Assembly: GCA_944391265.1 (NCBI GenBank) | Contig: CALXSX010000121.1 | Location: forward strand, 1 to 37,530 | Direction: 5' to 3' | DNA: 37,530 bases | Source of the DNA: an uncultured Clostridia bacterium | GTDB taxonomy: Bacteria; Bacillota; Clostridia; UBA1381 | Shown here: positions 1 to 10,668 of the stretch, in pieces | Layout of the letters: each line of letters opens with the position of its first letter | How positions within the stretch are numbered: the stretch's first letter is position 1 | Program-made: the position numbers and the translations under genes | Notes under the pieces: model-generated | Told to the model about the DNA's origin: nothing | The model's input: only the letters and a program-made list of their open reading frames with translations | The model's database searches: none

Positions 1-1
1 G

Positions 2-1042
2 ATATTTGTTGAAAACGATATGAAATATACCGTTCATGAAAGCGTTAAGCCGATTGATGGATATAAAAATATGAACAGGCAGCAAATGCTTGAGATAGTA
101 AGGGAAAAGGGCCTTGTAGGCATGGGCGGAGCAGGATTTCCTACGTTTATAAAGCTCAATCCGAAGCAGAAAATTGATTACGTTATCGTAAACGGCGCCG
201 AGTGTGAGCCTTATATAACATCTGACCACAGGAGAATGCTTGAGTATCCAGAGCAGGTTATAGAGGGACTTAGAATTGCAATGCAGATACTCGGCCTCAA
301 AAAGGGGTACATAGGTATAGAGGACAACAAGACAGATGCGGCACAGCTTATAAGCGAAAAGCTCGGAGGCAGCAGCGATATAGAGGTGAGGCTCCTCAAA
401 ACTAAATATCCTCAGGGCGCTGAAAAGCAGCTTATATACGCCATAACAAAGAGAAAAGTCCCTTCTGGCAAGCTTCCGGCAGATGCCGGAGCGGTCGTAA
501 TAAATGTTGATACCGCTTATGATTTATGGAATGCTTTTGTAAACGGTATGCCGGTAATCGACAGAATCATTACGGTCAGCGGTGACTGTGTAAAGAATCC
601 GTGTAATTTTTATGCGCGCACCGGTGTACCGTTTTCGTTTCTGTTTGAGCAGGCAGGCGGATTTACGTCAGAGCCGGAAAAAATAATATCGGGCGGTCCG
701 ATGATGGGCATAGCTCAGTACAATCTGAAGCCCGCTACCGTTAAAACGACGTCATCTCTTCTGGCTTTTCACGATATTGATGATATATTCAGTCAGGAAA
801 CGCCGTGCATCAGGTGCGGCAAGTGCGTTTCGCACTGCCCTATGCGTCTGGTGCCGCTGAAACTAAATAAGCTTTCCCTCGCTAAGGATTACGAGACGGC
901 AGAAAAATATCATATACTTGACTGTATAGAATGCGGACTTTGCTCGTATGTTTGTCCGTCCAAGAAAAATCTTCTCCATAATATAAGAGTTGCAAAGCAA
1001 GCGGTTACGGCGCTGAAAAGAGCGAAGGAGGGTAAAAACTAA
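2..1042 (+). CDS. rnfC: Rnf complex subunit C, 5'-truncated by the window edge
   Basis: The frame is open from position 2 with no stop upstream of the ATG at 20, so the N-terminus lies outside the window. Contains GMGGAGFPT and two ferredoxin-type clusters (CIRCGKCVSHCP, CIECGLCSYVCP). It is the first gene in an rnfCDGEAB order. Confidence 0.9.
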   Translation: MFVENDMKYTVHESVKPIDGYKNMNRQQMLEIVREKGLVGMGGAGFPTFIKLNPKQKIDYVIVNGAECEPYITSDHRRMLEYPEQVIEGLRIAMQILGLKKGYIGIEDNKTDAAQLISEKLGGSSDIEVRLLKTKYPQGAEKQLIYAITKRKVPSGKLPADAGAVVINVDTAYDLWNAFVNGMPVIDRIITVSGDCVKNPCNFYARTGVPFSFLFEQAGGFTSEPEKIISGGPMMGIAQYNLKPATVKTTSSLLAFHDIDDIFSQETPCIRCGKCVSHCPMRLVPLKLNKLSLAKDYETAEKYHILDCIECGLCSYVCPSKKNLLHNIRVAKQAVTALKRAKEGKN

Positions 1043-2004
1043 TGAATAAACTTGTTGTATCATCATCTCCGCATATACATACAAGTGAAACTGTGTCCGG
1101 CATTATGCTTGATGTGCTGATTGCACTGTTTCCCGCGTGCATAGCGTCAATCGTGTTTTTCGGACACAGAAGTGCACTAATAATACTGACCGCTGTTGCG
1201 GCAAGCATGCTGAGCGAATGGATTTACAGAAAGGTTGCTAAAAAGGAATCGACGCTTTCGGACCTGAGTGCTATGGTAACAGGCGTTCTGCTTGCGCTGA
1301 ACCTTCCTGTTACGATACCTCTTTGGATGGTTGTAGTCGGTGCTGCCTTTGCAATAATTGTCGTAAAACAGCTTTACGGCGGTCTCGGTAAAAATTTTGT
1401 CAATCCTGCGCTTGCTGGAAGGTGCTTCATGCTTATAGCATGGGCAGGCGCCATGACAACCTTCACCGCTCCGAACTTCAGCGGAATTGACGCGGTGTCA
1501 AGTGCTACGCCGCTTGCTGTTATGAAGGGAGCTGAGGGCTCGCTTCCGACGCTTTTGCAGGCATTTCTCGGCATAAAGGGAGGATCTATCGGTGAAACAA
1601 GCGGCCTTTGCCTCTTAATCGGATTTATATATCTGCTGATAAGGAAAGTGATTGACTGCAAAATACCGCTTTCTTACATAATAACATTTGCTGTGCTGAC
1701 ACTTTTATTCGGGAAAAACGGAGATATGCCTAAGCTTGAATATATGCTTATGCAGGTGCTGACCGGTGGACTTCTCCTCGGAGCTTTTTTCATGGCTACC
1801 GACTACGTAACAACGCCGACAACGCCTAAGGGCCACATAGTTTTCGGAGTAGGCTGCGGTGTTCTTACTTTTCTTATAAGGACATTTGGCGGTTACCCTG
1901 AAGGGGTGTCCTTTTCGATACTGCTTATGAACGTTGCGGCGCCGCTCATTGAGCGCGCTACCATGCCGAAAGCTTTCGGAACGGAAGGGGGCAAATTGCA
2001 GTGA
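1042..2004 (+). CDS. rnfD: Rnf complex subunit D (polytopic membrane, FMN-binding)
   Basis: The ATG overlaps the rnfC stop (TAATG). The product is a multi-TM protein with an SSATPLA motif and an NqrB/RnfD-like C-terminus (GYPEGVSFSILLMN). Confidence 0.9.
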   Translation: MNKLVVSSSPHIHTSETVSGIMLDVLIALFPACIASIVFFGHRSALIILTAVAASMLSEWIYRKVAKKESTLSDLSAMVTGVLLALNLPVTIPLWMVVVGAAFAIIVVKQLYGGLGKNFVNPALAGRCFMLIAWAGAMTTFTAPNFSGIDAVSSATPLAVMKGAEGSLPTLLQAFLGIKGGSIGETSGLCLLIGFIYLLIRKVIDCKIPLSYIITFAVLTLLFGKNGDMPKLEYMLMQVLTGGLLLGAFFMATDYVTTPTTPKGHIVFGVGCGVLTFLIRTFGGYPEGVSFSILLMNVAAPLIERATMPKAFGTEGGKLQ

Positions 2005-2561
2005 TAAACGTCAAAGAGATTTTCAGGGTAGGCTTGATTTTGTTTATAATAGCGGCTCTTTCATCGCTGCTGCTCGCTTATGCAAATCAGGTGACAGCCC
2101 CGCTTATAGAGGAAAATACCCGCAAAAAGACGGAGGCGTCAATGAGCGTTGTAATGCCTGATGCTGATACGTTTGAACAGGTTGAAAACACCTCAGATGA
2201 CATAGTCGAGGCATACGTTGCGAAAGCCGGCGGAGAAACTGTCGGGGTTTGTATAGTTTGTGAAGAAAACGGATACAACGGCGCTGTAAGAATAGTTGCC
2301 GGTGTAGACGATGAGGGAAAGGTTACGGGAGTTGACATTCTGAGCCATTCGGAGACGCCGGGACTTGGTGCTAATGCGGAAAAGGATTCGTTTAAGGATC
2401 AGTTCAAAGGAAAAACGGCGGACATAGGCGTTGTAAAATCAAATGCCGGGGCTAACGAAATAAATGCCATTTCCGGTGCGACTATTACTTCAAGAGCAGT
2501 TACCGGTGCGGTAAACAAAGCGATTTCTGCCGCGGCTGATATTTTGGAGGAGGTGCAGTAA
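2001..2561 (+). CDS. rnfG: Rnf complex subunit G (FMN-binding)
   Basis: The GTG start overlaps the rnfD stop (GTGA). Has an N-terminal TM anchor, the SGATITSRAV flavinylation motif and SETPGLG. Confidence 0.88.
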   Translation: MINVKEIFRVGLILFIIAALSSLLLAYANQVTAPLIEENTRKKTEASMSVVMPDADTFEQVENTSDDIVEAYVAKAGGETVGVCIVCEENGYNGAVRIVAGVDDEGKVTGVDILSHSETPGLGANAEKDSFKDQFKGKTADIGVVKSNAGANEINAISGATITSRAVTGAVNKAISAAADILEEVQ

Positions 2562-3179
2562 ATGAAAGGAATAGAAGTTTTAAAAAGAGGTCTTATAACT
2601 GAGAATCCAACATTTGTGCAGCTCCTCGGTATGTGTCCTACGCTTGCTGTAACAACGTCTTTGAAAAACGGACTCGGCATGGGACTTTCGGCAACGGCAG
2701 TGCTAATCGCTTCAAATGTCATCATATCGCTTCTCAGAAAGCTAATTCCTGACAAAATCAGAATAGCGGCTTACATAGTTATAATAGCAACGGCAGTTAC
2801 GCTTATTCAGATGATTTTGAACGCATACCTGCCCGACCTTGCGTCGTCGCTTGGAATATTCATACCGCTTATAGTGGTTAACTGTATAATTCTTGCACGT
2901 GCGGAGGCTTTTGCATCTAAGAATACGGTCGGCAAATCAGCGCTTGACGGACTCGGTATGGGGCTTGGCTTCACCGGTGCTCTCTGCATTATTTCAGCTG
3001 TGAGAGAAATACTCGGAAGCGGAACGATTTGGAATATACAGCTTTACGGAGACGTGATTCAGCCTGCGTCAATCATAACACTTGCGCCCGGTGGATTTAT
3101 CGTGCTGGGTATAATAATAGGTGTGATAAATGCGATAAAAGGCAGGCACGAAAGCAAAGCTGCCGGAGAAAGGGGTTAA
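2562..3179 (+). CDS. rnfE: Rnf complex subunit E
   Basis: The start abuts the rnfG stop. The 205-aa product is a six-TM NqrD/RnfE-type protein (GMCPTLAVT, VVNCIILARAEAFA). Confidence 0.88.
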   Translation: MKGIEVLKRGLITENPTFVQLLGMCPTLAVTTSLKNGLGMGLSATAVLIASNVIISLLRKLIPDKIRIAAYIVIIATAVTLIQMILNAYLPDLASSLGIFIPLIVVNCIILARAEAFASKNTVGKSALDGLGMGLGFTGALCIISAVREILGSGTIWNIQLYGDVIQPASIITLAPGGFIVLGIIIGVINAIKGRHESKAAGERG

Positions 3180-3182
3180 CAC

Positions 3183-3764
3183 ATGGCTAAGGAAATAATT
3201 TCTATAATAATTGCTGCTCTGCTCACCGAAAACTTTGTAATGGTTAAGTTTTACGGTATCTGCCCGTTTCTCGGCGTTTCAAAAAAGGTTGAAACCGCTA
3301 TGGGTATGGGAATGGCGGTAACTTTTGTTATGGCGATAGCCTCGATGATAACATGGCTTGTAAACCATTTCTTCCTTCAGCAGTTCAATCTCGAATACCT
3401 GCAGACAATAGCCTTTATACTGATAATTGCCGGGCTTGTCCAGTTCGTTGAGATGTTTGTAAAGAAGTCTATGCCGTCGCTTTATAACGCGCTCGGCATA
3501 TATCTGCCGCTTATCACCACAAACTGCGCCGTGCTTGGTGTAACGCTTCTAAATGTTCAGAATGAGTACAATTTCTTTCTGTCATTCCTGTACGGCACGT
3601 TTGCGGCACTTGGATTTACTCTCGCGATAATACTTATGGCGGGTATCCGCGAGTATCTGGACGAAAAAGCGGTTGCGGCGCCGTTTCGAGGATTTCCCAT
3701 CGCGCTTATAACAGCCGGACTTATGGCGATTGCGTTCACGGGATTTTCGGGATTTTCCATCTGA
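3183..3764 (+). CDS. rnfA: Rnf complex subunit A
   Basis: The 193-aa product is an NqrE/RnfA-type membrane protein ([28 protein letters not shown]). The gene lies 3 nt after rnfE. Confidence 0.88.
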   Translation: MAKEIISIIIAALLTENFVMVKFYGICPFLGVSKKVETAMGMGMAVTFVMAIASMITWLVNHFFLQQFNLEYLQTIAFILIIAGLVQFVEMFVKKSMPSLYNALGIYLPLITTNCAVLGVTLLNVQNEYNFFLSFLYGTFAALGFTLAIILMAGIREYLDEKAVAAPFRGFPIALITAGLMAIAFTGFSGFSI

Positions 3765-3791
3765 TAAAATCGAAGGGAGAATAAATGCAAT

Positions 3792-4586
3792 ATGGGAGAT
3801 ATATTGATTGCCGTCGCAGTTGTCGGCGGCCTCGGACTTGTATTTGGATTGCTTCTCGCGTTTGCTTCTGAGGTATTCGCTGTAAAGCAGGACGACAGGA
3901 TAGATAAAATACAGGATGCGCTTCCGGGAGCAAACTGCGGTGCGTGCGGATTCGCCGGCTGCAGCGCATACGCCGCCGCTATAGTAAATGACGGTGCTCC
4001 GGTTAATATGTGCTCTGTCGGTAAGAAGCCTGTTGCCGACAGCATAGCGTTGATTATGGGCGTAGATGCCGGGGAAGTAGCGGAAAAGGTCGCCCATGTA
4101 AAGTGCAGAGGTAACTGCGATGTTTCGCCTGCAAAATACGAATATGTCGGTATCAGTGACTGCATAGCTCTTTCAAAGCTTGCCGGCGGCATAAAGCATT
4201 GCCGCAATGCTTGCCTGGGACAGGGGACGTGTAAGACGGTATGTCAGTTTGACGCTATAACTGTGGAAAACGGTGTGGCTAAGATAAACGAGGAGCTGTG
4301 TACCGGCTGTGGAGCGTGCTCAAGGATATGTCCGAGAAATGTTATTGAGATGATTCCGAAAAAGGCAAAGGTCGTTGTAAACTGTTCCAATAACGAAAAG
4401 GGACAGTCGGCAAGCAGACACTGCAAATCAAGCTGTATCGGCTGTAAGATGTGTGAAAAGACGTGTGAACATGACGCAATCCACGTAGTAGATAATGTTG
4501 CGTTCATAGATTACTCGAAGTGCATAGGGTGCGGAAAATGCGCCGAGAAATGTCCTAAGGGCGTAATTTCCGTAAAAGCCGGATAA
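3792..4586 (+). CDS. rnfB: Rnf complex subunit B (polyferredoxin)
   Basis: Has an N-terminal TM helix, a CGACGFAGCSAYA cluster and several CxxCxxCxxxCP 4Fe-4S motifs. It is the last gene of the rnf operon and is followed by a terminator. The out-of-frame ATG at 3785 was rejected. Confidence 0.88.
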   Translation: MGDILIAVAVVGGLGLVFGLLLAFASEVFAVKQDDRIDKIQDALPGANCGACGFAGCSAYAAAIVNDGAPVNMCSVGKKPVADSIALIMGVDAGEVAEKVAHVKCRGNCDVSPAKYEYVGISDCIALSKLAGGIKHCRNACLGQGTCKTVCQFDAITVENGVAKINEELCTGCGACSRICPRNVIEMIPKKAKVVVNCSNNEKGQSASRHCKSSCIGCKMCEKTCEHDAIHVVDNVAFIDYSKCIGCGKCAEKCPKGVISVKAG

Positions 4587-4597
4587 AAGTTAGACCG

Positions 4598-4633
4598 GAC
4601 TGCAAAAACACAGTTTTTGCAGTCTGTTTTTTT
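4598..4633 (+). terminator. Intrinsic terminator of the rnf operon
   Basis: Hairpin GACTGCAAAAAC-aca-GTTTTTGCAGTC followed by TGTTTTTTT. Confidence 0.8.
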
Positions 4634-4719
4634 ATGCATGGATTCTATATTGAATATTCCCAGCCGCCGCATCATATATATTGTTATATGACTGAATTCG
4701 GACAGGGGGACGAAGCTTA

Positions 4720-7239
4720 ATGATTCATTCAATTTCTGCAGAGGCGGCAGAAGAAAAATTCGGCGCTGATATGAAAAACGGACTGACAAGAAAGGAAGCG
4801 GCGTCAAGACTTTCAAAATACGGAAAAAACAAATTGAGCGATAAAAAAGGCAAAACGATAGTAATGCTTTTCTTTGAGCAATTTAATGATTTTCTTATAC
4901 TAATACTTATAGCAGCCTCCTGCATTTCATTCTTTACGAACATTATGGAAAAAAGCGGTGATATAGCAGAGCCTATAGTTATACTTGCAATCGTCGTGCT
5001 TAATGCGCTGCTTGGTGTTATTCAGGAAAAGAGAGCGGAAAAAAGCCTTGAGGCGCTGAAGAAAATGACGTCGCCTTCCGCGAATGTCATAAGGGACAGC
5101 GCAGAGGTAAGCGTACCTGCCGAAGATGTTTGCGTGGGTGATTTGCTTGTTTTAAGATCAGGAGATGTAGCTGCATCGGACGTCAGACTTACGGAAAGCA
5201 TAAATCTTGAGATAGATGAGTCGTCGCTGACAGGTGAGAGTGTGCCTGTCAGCAAGGACAGCAGTTATATAACTGACGAGCTGGCACCGCTTGCAGAGCG
5301 GCGGAATATGGTTTATGCCGGAACATATGTAACCGGAGGCAGGGGAAAGGGTATAGTAACTGCGTGCGGTATGGACACAGAGGTCGGAAAAATAGCGCAG
5401 ATGCTTTCCGCAGACTCTTACGAAATGACTCCGCTTCAGAAAAAGCTTGAGCATATAGGCAAGGCGCTTGGAATATGCGCCCTGTCAATCTGCGCACTTG
5501 TGTTTGTCATAGGTGTGTGGCACCATCTTGCGCCTTTTGATATGTTTGTTACATCTATTTCACTCGCAGTAGCTGCAATCCCTGAGGGACTGCCGGCTAT
5601 AGTTACGATAATGCTGTCTCTTGGAATGCAGAGAATGGCAAAATGCGGTGCAATTGTCCGGAATCTTCCGTCTGTTGAAACTCTCGGCAGTGCAGATGTA
5701 ATCTGTTCTGATAAAACGGGAACGCTTACAAAAAACATTATGACTGTTCAGGAAGTGTTCGGTGATGAAAAGGCGGCGCTTTGTTACGGAGTACTCTGCA
5801 CGGCGGAAAACACCAAAAATCCGACTGAGCTTGCCGTGATAAATGCGTTTAACGATAAGAAGCTGAAAACCCATCAGCATGAAAAGAAAGACGAACAGCC
5901 ATTTTCTTCTGTTACAAAGCAAATGAGGGTGCTTTATAATAATCTTCTAACCGTTAAGGGTGCACCGGAAATAGTGTTAAAGAGTTGCGGTTATTACTTA
6001 GATAACGGAAAGACAGAGAAGCTTACAGATGCTAAAAGAAGGCAGGTTTTGAACGCAAACAAGAAATTTGCTGAAAAAGCCCTAAGAGTAATAGCCGTTG
6101 CATACAAGCAGGGAAATTGCAAAATTGATGATGAGGGACTTGTTTTCTGCGGGCTTATAGCCATGAGCGATCCGCCGAGAGAGGACGCTATTGAAGCAGT
6201 AAGGCTTTGCCAAAAGGCAGGCATAAAAACCGTTATGATAACCGGTGACCACATGGAAACAGCACGTGCCGTCGCATCACAGGTGAATATTTTAAAATCT
6301 CGTGATGAATGTATTTCAGGAAAAGAAATTGATAAGATGAGCGATGAGGAGTTTGAAGAAAATGTTGAAAAATACAGCGTTTTTGCAAGAACGTCTCCGG
6401 AGCATAAGGTAAAGATAGTGAAGGCTCTTAAAAAGCGCGGAAAGATTGTCGCAATGACAGGTGACGGTGTGAATGATGCGCCGGCGCTCAAGGCTGCTGA
6501 CATAGGCTGCAGTCTTGGCAAAACCGGAACCGAGGTTGCAAAGGAATCGTCTGATATAGTTCTGACTGATGATAATTTTGCGACTATCGTAAAATCGGTA
6601 AGGATGGGCCGCGAGATATATGAAAATATAAAAAAGTCCGTTAAATTTCTGCTTTCGAGCAATATCGGCGAAATAATAACGGTATTTTTCGGAATTTTAC
6701 TCGGACTTCCCACACCTCTGCTCGCACTGCAGCTGCTATGGGTAAACCTTGTTACCGATTCATTGCCGGCGATTGCTTTGGGCGTTGACCCGTGTGATGA
6801 GGACGTCATGCTGAGCAGAATAAGAACCGATAAGCTTTTTACGAAGGAAAAGGTTTTTGCGGTAATAATAGAAGGGCTTATGATAGGTGCGCTTGGCTTG
6901 CTCGCTTTTTGTATCGGTGTCTACATATACGGAAGTCTGACTGTCGGAAGAACTATGGCGTTTTGCGTTCTCAGCCTGTCTCAGCTGATACATTCGTTTA
7001 ATATAAGAAGCGAGGGCAGTGTTATAGGCAGAGCATTTTTTAAAAACAAGCTGCTTGTTTTATCACTCGTCATCGGAGCTGCTATGCAGATAGGTGTTGT
7101 TTGTTTTCTCCCGGAGCTGTTTGGAGCCGCTGTGCTTTCGGCAGAAGCGTGGAAAACAGTTGCCGCATTATCCGTGTTGCCGCTTGTTTTGGTGGAAATA
7201 CAAAAAAATATAAATGCAATACGTAAGAATCTGAATTAA
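4720..7239 (+). CDS. Cation-transporting P-type ATPase, Ca2+-type (P2A/YloB-like)
   Basis: Carries TGES, the CSDKTGTLT phosphorylation site, MITGDH, MTGDGVNDAPALK, and PEGLP in TM4. An AGGGGGA RBS lies 8 nt upstream of the ATG. Confidence 0.88.
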   Translation: MIHSISAEAAEEKFGADMKNGLTRKEAASRLSKYGKNKLSDKKGKTIVMLFFEQFNDFLILILIAASCISFFTNIMEKSGDIAEPIVILAIVVLNALLGVIQEKRAEKSLEALKKMTSPSANVIRDSAEVSVPAEDVCVGDLLVLRSGDVAASDVRLTESINLEIDESSLTGESVPVSKDSSYITDELAPLAERRNMVYAGTYVTGGRGKGIVTACGMDTEVGKIAQMLSADSYEMTPLQKKLEHIGKALGICALSICALVFVIGVWHHLAPFDMFVTSISLAVAAIPEGLPAIVTIMLSLGMQRMAKCGAIVRNLPSVETLGSADVICSDKTGTLTKNIMTVQEVFGDEKAALCYGVLCTAENTKNPTELAVINAFNDKKLKTHQHEKKDEQPFSSVTKQMRVLYNNLLTVKGAPEIVLKSCGYYLDNGKTEKLTDAKRRQVLNANKKFAEKALRVIAVAYKQGNCKIDDEGLVFCGLIAMSDPPREDAIEAVRLCQKAGIKTVMITGDHMETARAVASQVNILKSRDECISGKEIDKMSDEEFEENVEKYSVFARTSPEHKVKIVKALKKRGKIVAMTGDGVNDAPALKAADIGCSLGKTGTEVAKESSDIVLTDDNFATIVKSVRMGREIYENIKKSVKFLLSSNIGEIITVFFGILLGLPTPLLALQLLWVNLVTDSLPAIALGVDPCDEDVMLSRIRTDKLFTKEKVFAVIIEGLMIGALGLLAFCIGVYIYGSLTVGRTMAFCVLSLSQLIHSFNIRSEGSVIGRAFFKNKLLVLSLVIGAAMQIGVVCFLPELFGAAVLSAEAWKTVAALSVLPLVLVEIQKNINAIRKNLN

Positions 7240-7282
7240 AACAAGAAATTCTTTTATTCGAGCCTTAATTTGTGCTCAAGAT

Positions 7283-7336
7283 ATACCTCTGCATCTGGAG
7301 TACTGATGTGCGCCTGAATGCAGGGGTATTTTTTTA
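7283..7336 (+). terminator. Probable intrinsic terminator after the ATPase gene
   Basis: ATACCTCTGCAT pairs with ATGCAGGGGTAT (one G-U pair, large loop) and is followed by T7. Confidence 0.55.
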
Positions 7337-7494
7337 TAAAATTAGGTTGCTGTGCTTCTTTTCGTTTAAATTGGCCCGATTTTACGGACTTATTCCTCTC
7401 TGTAATTCATTATTCTTTTTTCCAAAAAAATTCCTAATATACCATATATTTTATAAAACATTCACATATTTGGTATAAAACACAATATATTGTG

Positions 7495-7524
7495 TTGACA
7501 AATTATTTGGTGTGGTGTTATACT
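7495..7524 (+). promoter_or_regulatory. Sigma-A type promoter of pflB
   Basis: TTGACA (7495-7500), an 18-nt spacer, then extended -10 TGtTATACT (7516-7524). It lies 47 nt upstream of the pflB ATG. Confidence 0.65.
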
Positions 7525-7571
7525 GATATTACCGAACGGTTTATTTTGAATTTTTAAGGGGGTTAATATAA

Positions 7572-9803
7572 ATGGATTTTGAACAATGGAAGGGATTTAA
7601 AACCAATGTTTGGAATAAAGAAATCAATGTAAGCGACTTCATAAAGAAAAATTATACAATGTATACCGGCGATGAAAGCTTTCTTTCAGGACCGACAGAG
7701 AGAACTAAAAAATTAAACGAAAAGATACAGGAGCTTTTGAAGAAGGAAACGGAAAACGGCGGTGTGCTTGATATAGATGCTGACCGCATTTCATCGCTTC
7801 TCACGTATCCGGCAGGGTATATAGACAAAGACAATGAAATAATCGTCGGACTCCAGACCGACGCTCCGCTGAAGAGAGGGGTAAACCCGTTCGGCGGAAT
7901 GAGAATGGCAAGAAGCGCCGCCAAAGCTTACGGCAAAGAAATTTCGCGGAGGATAGAGGACGCGTTTGAATTTAAAACAACGCATAACGACGGTGTGTTC
8001 AGCGTTTATTCAGACGATATGCTGAAGGCAAGACATTTCGGAATACTCACAGGTCTGCCTGACGCCTACGGCAGAGGCAGGATAATCGGTGATTACAGAA
8101 GATGCGCGCTTTATGGCGTTGATGTTCTTATAGAGGAGAAGAAAAAGGACAAGCAAAAGTACGGTGCGGAGGATATGACTGAGGACAATATCCGCCTTTG
8201 CCAGGAGCTTTACAAGCAGATTGATTTTCTCGGTAAACTCAAGGAAATGGCAAAGATGTACGGCTGCGACATAAGCGCACCGGCGGCAAATGCAAAAGAG
8301 GCAGTGCAGTGGCTTTACTTTGCGTACCTTGCTGCTGTTAAGGAGCAAAACGGAGCTGCCATGTCGCTCGGCCGTGTAAGCACTTTCCTTGATATATATA
8401 TCGAAAGGGATATTGCTAACGGCACGCTTACTGAAGCCGGGGCACAGGAGCTCATAGACGATTTTGTGATGAAACTCAGAATAGTGAAGCAGCTTCGTAC
8501 ACCTGAATACAACGAGCTTTTCGGAGGAGATCCTACATGGGTTACGGAAAGCGTTGGAGGAATGACTGACCACAACGAGCCGCTTGTGACAAAAAACAGT
8601 TTCAGAATGTTAAATACTCTTTATAACCTCGGCACATCGCCCGAGCCAAATCTTACCGTGCTGTGGTCGCGCGATCTTCCGGAAAACTTCAAGAAGTTCT
8701 GTGCGAAGGTATCCATTGACACCGATTCAATACAGTACGAAAACGATGACCAGATGCGAAAGGTGTTCGGTGACGATTACGCTATAGCTTGCTGTGTTTC
8801 GGCGATGAAGGTTGGAAAACAGATGCAGTTTTTCGGCGCGAGATGCAATTTGCCTAAGCTTTTGCTGCTTGCTTTGAACGGCGGCTGCGATGAAAAGACA
8901 GGAACCGAGATTGCACCGAAAATGGCTCCCTATGAGGAGGACGTGCTCGATTATGATAAGGTCATAGAGAGATTTGAAAAATACAGCGAATGGATTTGCA
9001 GACTTTATATAAACACGCTTAATGTTATTCATTATATGCACGATAAGTACGCTTATGAGAAGATACAGATGGCTCTTCATGACACGCTCGTCGACAGGTT
9101 TATGGCATGCGGCGTTGCCGGTCTTTCCGTTATAGCCGATTCTTTGAGCGCAATAAAATATGCTAAGGTTGAGGTTGTAAGAAACGAGAACGGACTTATC
9201 AAGGACTTTAATATAACAGGCGATTTCCCGAAGTTTGGAAACGATGATGACCGGGTGGATGACATTGCCATATATGTACTTGGAAACATATATAACAATT
9301 TAAGAAAGCACAAGACGTACAGAGACGCTGAGGTAACTTTGTCCGTGCTCACCATCACATCAAATGTTATGTATGGCAAAAAGACGGGTGCAACTCCTGA
9401 CGGACGAAAGGCAGGAGAGCCGTACGCACCGGGAGCCAATCCTATGCATAACAGGGAAAAGAACGGGGCTCTTGCATCGCTCAGTTCAGTTTCTAAAATC
9501 CCGTACACGATTTGCCGTGACGGTATATCGAATACGTTCTCAATAACTCCTCAGGCGCTTGGCAAGACAAAGGACGAACAGGTAAACAATCTTGTTTCAA
9601 TACTCAAAGGATATTTTGACAGCGGCGCGCATCATATAAATGTAAATGTTTTAAACAGAGAGAAGCTTATCGATGCGTACAATCATCCAGAGATGTATCC
9701 TAACCTCACTATACGTGTGTCCGGATACGCGGTTAATTTCTGCAAGCTCAGCAGAGACCAGCAGAAAGAGGTCATTATGAGGACGTTCCATGAAAAAATG
9801 TAA
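7572..9803 (+). CDS. pflB: Pyruvate formate-lyase (formate C-acetyltransferase)
   Basis: The 743-aa product has the active-site Cys-Cys (IACCVSAM) and the C-terminal glycyl-radical motif RVSGYAVNF. It is followed by its activase. Confidence 0.93.
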   Translation: MDFEQWKGFKTNVWNKEINVSDFIKKNYTMYTGDESFLSGPTERTKKLNEKIQELLKKETENGGVLDIDADRISSLLTYPAGYIDKDNEIIVGLQTDAPLKRGVNPFGGMRMARSAAKAYGKEISRRIEDAFEFKTTHNDGVFSVYSDDMLKARHFGILTGLPDAYGRGRIIGDYRRCALYGVDVLIEEKKKDKQKYGAEDMTEDNIRLCQELYKQIDFLGKLKEMAKMYGCDISAPAANAKEAVQWLYFAYLAAVKEQNGAAMSLGRVSTFLDIYIERDIANGTLTEAGAQELIDDFVMKLRIVKQLRTPEYNELFGGDPTWVTESVGGMTDHNEPLVTKNSFRMLNTLYNLGTSPEPNLTVLWSRDLPENFKKFCAKVSIDTDSIQYENDDQMRKVFGDDYAIACCVSAMKVGKQMQFFGARCNLPKLLLLALNGGCDEKTGTEIAPKMAPYEEDVLDYDKVIERFEKYSEWICRLYINTLNVIHYMHDKYAYEKIQMALHDTLVDRFMACGVAGLSVIADSLSAIKYAKVEVVRNENGLIKDFNITGDFPKFGNDDDRVDDIAIYVLGNIYNNLRKHKTYRDAEVTLSVLTITSNVMYGKKTGATPDGRKAGEPYAPGANPMHNREKNGALASLSSVSKIPYTICRDGISNTFSITPQALGKTKDEQVNNLVSILKGYFDSGAHHINVNVLNREKLIDAYNHPEMYPNLTIRVSGYAVNFCKLSRDQQKEVIMRTFHEKM

Positions 9804-9883
9804 CACGGCATGTATGGAATAAACAGACTGAGTGATTTTTAATTTATGCTAAGAACGAAACGAATAGCGGAGGTCGATTAACA

Positions 9884-10597
9884 GTGACAGGAAAAATAAA
9901 CTCCGTTTACACCGGAAGCGGCGTTGACGGACCGGGGATAAGAACTGTAGTGTTTTTTCAGGGCTGTCCGCTGAGATGTGTATATTGTCATAATCCGGAG
10001 ACGCAGCCGCTGTCAGGCGGTGAGGGGATAAGCTCCGTTACGCTTTTAGAACGCATATCAAGGTACAAGAATTACTACGGAGATGAGGGCGGAATAACGT
10101 TTTCGGGCGGAGAGCCGCTCATGCAGGCAGAATTTCTTTATGAAATGATTAAGTTATGCAAAAACGAAGGTATAAAAACAGCTGTCGATACAGCGGGCTC
10201 TGTCATGTCCGATACGGTAATGAGCTGTATAAAAGAAGCTGATCTCATTATTCTTGACATAAAAATGGACAGTGAGGAAGATTATAAAAAGTATATGAAC
10301 GGCAGCTATAAAAAGACGGTAGATTTTCTTGACGCATGCTGTAAAGCTGGAACGGACGTATGGCTCAGAAAGGTAATAGTGCCCGGTATAAACGACAAAG
10401 GCGAGAGTGTTGAAAATCTTGTCAGTCTAGCTCAAAGATTCGGCTGCGTACGAAAGGTAGAGCTGCTGCCGTTTGAGAATATGTGTTCTGAAAAATATGA
10501 GAGAATAGGCTTAAAGTTTCCGCTTGCCGGAGTTGAGCCAATGGATAAAGGCAGACTTGAGATTTTGAGCAGGCAGATTCCGGAAGAGTATAAATAA
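9884..10597 (+). CDS. pflA: Pyruvate formate-lyase activating enzyme (radical SAM)
   Basis: GTG start with a GCGGAGGT RBS 9 nt upstream. Has the CPLRCVYCHNPE radical-SAM cluster and GGITFSGGEPLMQ. Confidence 0.9.
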   Translation: MTGKINSVYTGSGVDGPGIRTVVFFQGCPLRCVYCHNPETQPLSGGEGISSVTLLERISRYKNYYGDEGGITFSGGEPLMQAEFLYEMIKLCKNEGIKTAVDTAGSVMSDTVMSCIKEADLIILDIKMDSEEDYKKYMNGSYKKTVDFLDACCKAGTDVWLRKVIVPGINDKGESVENLVSLAQRFGCVRKVELLPFENMCSEKYERIGLKFPLAGVEPMDKGRLEILSRQIPEEYK

Positions 10598-10602
10598 AAA
10601 GA

Positions 10603-10628
10603 CTGCTGCGTAAGCAGCAGTTTTTTTT
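10603..10628 (+). terminator. Intrinsic terminator of pflBA
   Basis: CTGCTGC-gtaa-GCAGCAG followed by T8. Confidence 0.8.
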
Positions 10629-10632
10629 GTGG

Positions 10633-10663
10633 TAAAAAACAGAGCAAGCAGCACTGCTTGCTC
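10633..10663 (-). terminator. Intrinsic terminator downstream of tRNA-Ser
   Basis: On the minus strand, GAGCAAGCA-loop-TGCTTGCTC is followed by TGTTTTTT. It is convergent with the pflA terminator. Confidence 0.7.
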
Positions 10664-10668
10664 CTTTG

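Noticed and set aside
3785-3870. ATG at 3785, closer to the GGGAG RBS than the rnfB start
   Set aside because: It is out of frame with rnfB and gives only a 28-aa Arg/Cys-rich peptide. The 3792 frame encodes the canonical RnfB N-terminal helix.
3557-4207. 216-aa minus-strand ORF, plus nested ORFs at 3582-4097 and 3736-3969
   Set aside because: It is antisense to rnfA/rnfB, which have strong family motifs. It has a low-complexity composition and no RBS, so it is a shadow ORF.
5994-6809. 271-aa minus-strand ORF
   Set aside because: It is antisense to the P-type ATPase and has the Ser/Ala/Pro-rich composition typical of shadow frames.
7272-7478. 68-aa ORF in the ATPase-pflB spacer
   Set aside because: It spans the ATPase terminator hairpin, uses a non-ATG start without an RBS, and has an implausible Phe/Leu-rich composition.
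8010-8573. 187-aa minus-strand ORF inside pflB
   Set aside because: It is antisense to a clearly coding, motif-bearing gene and has no RBS.
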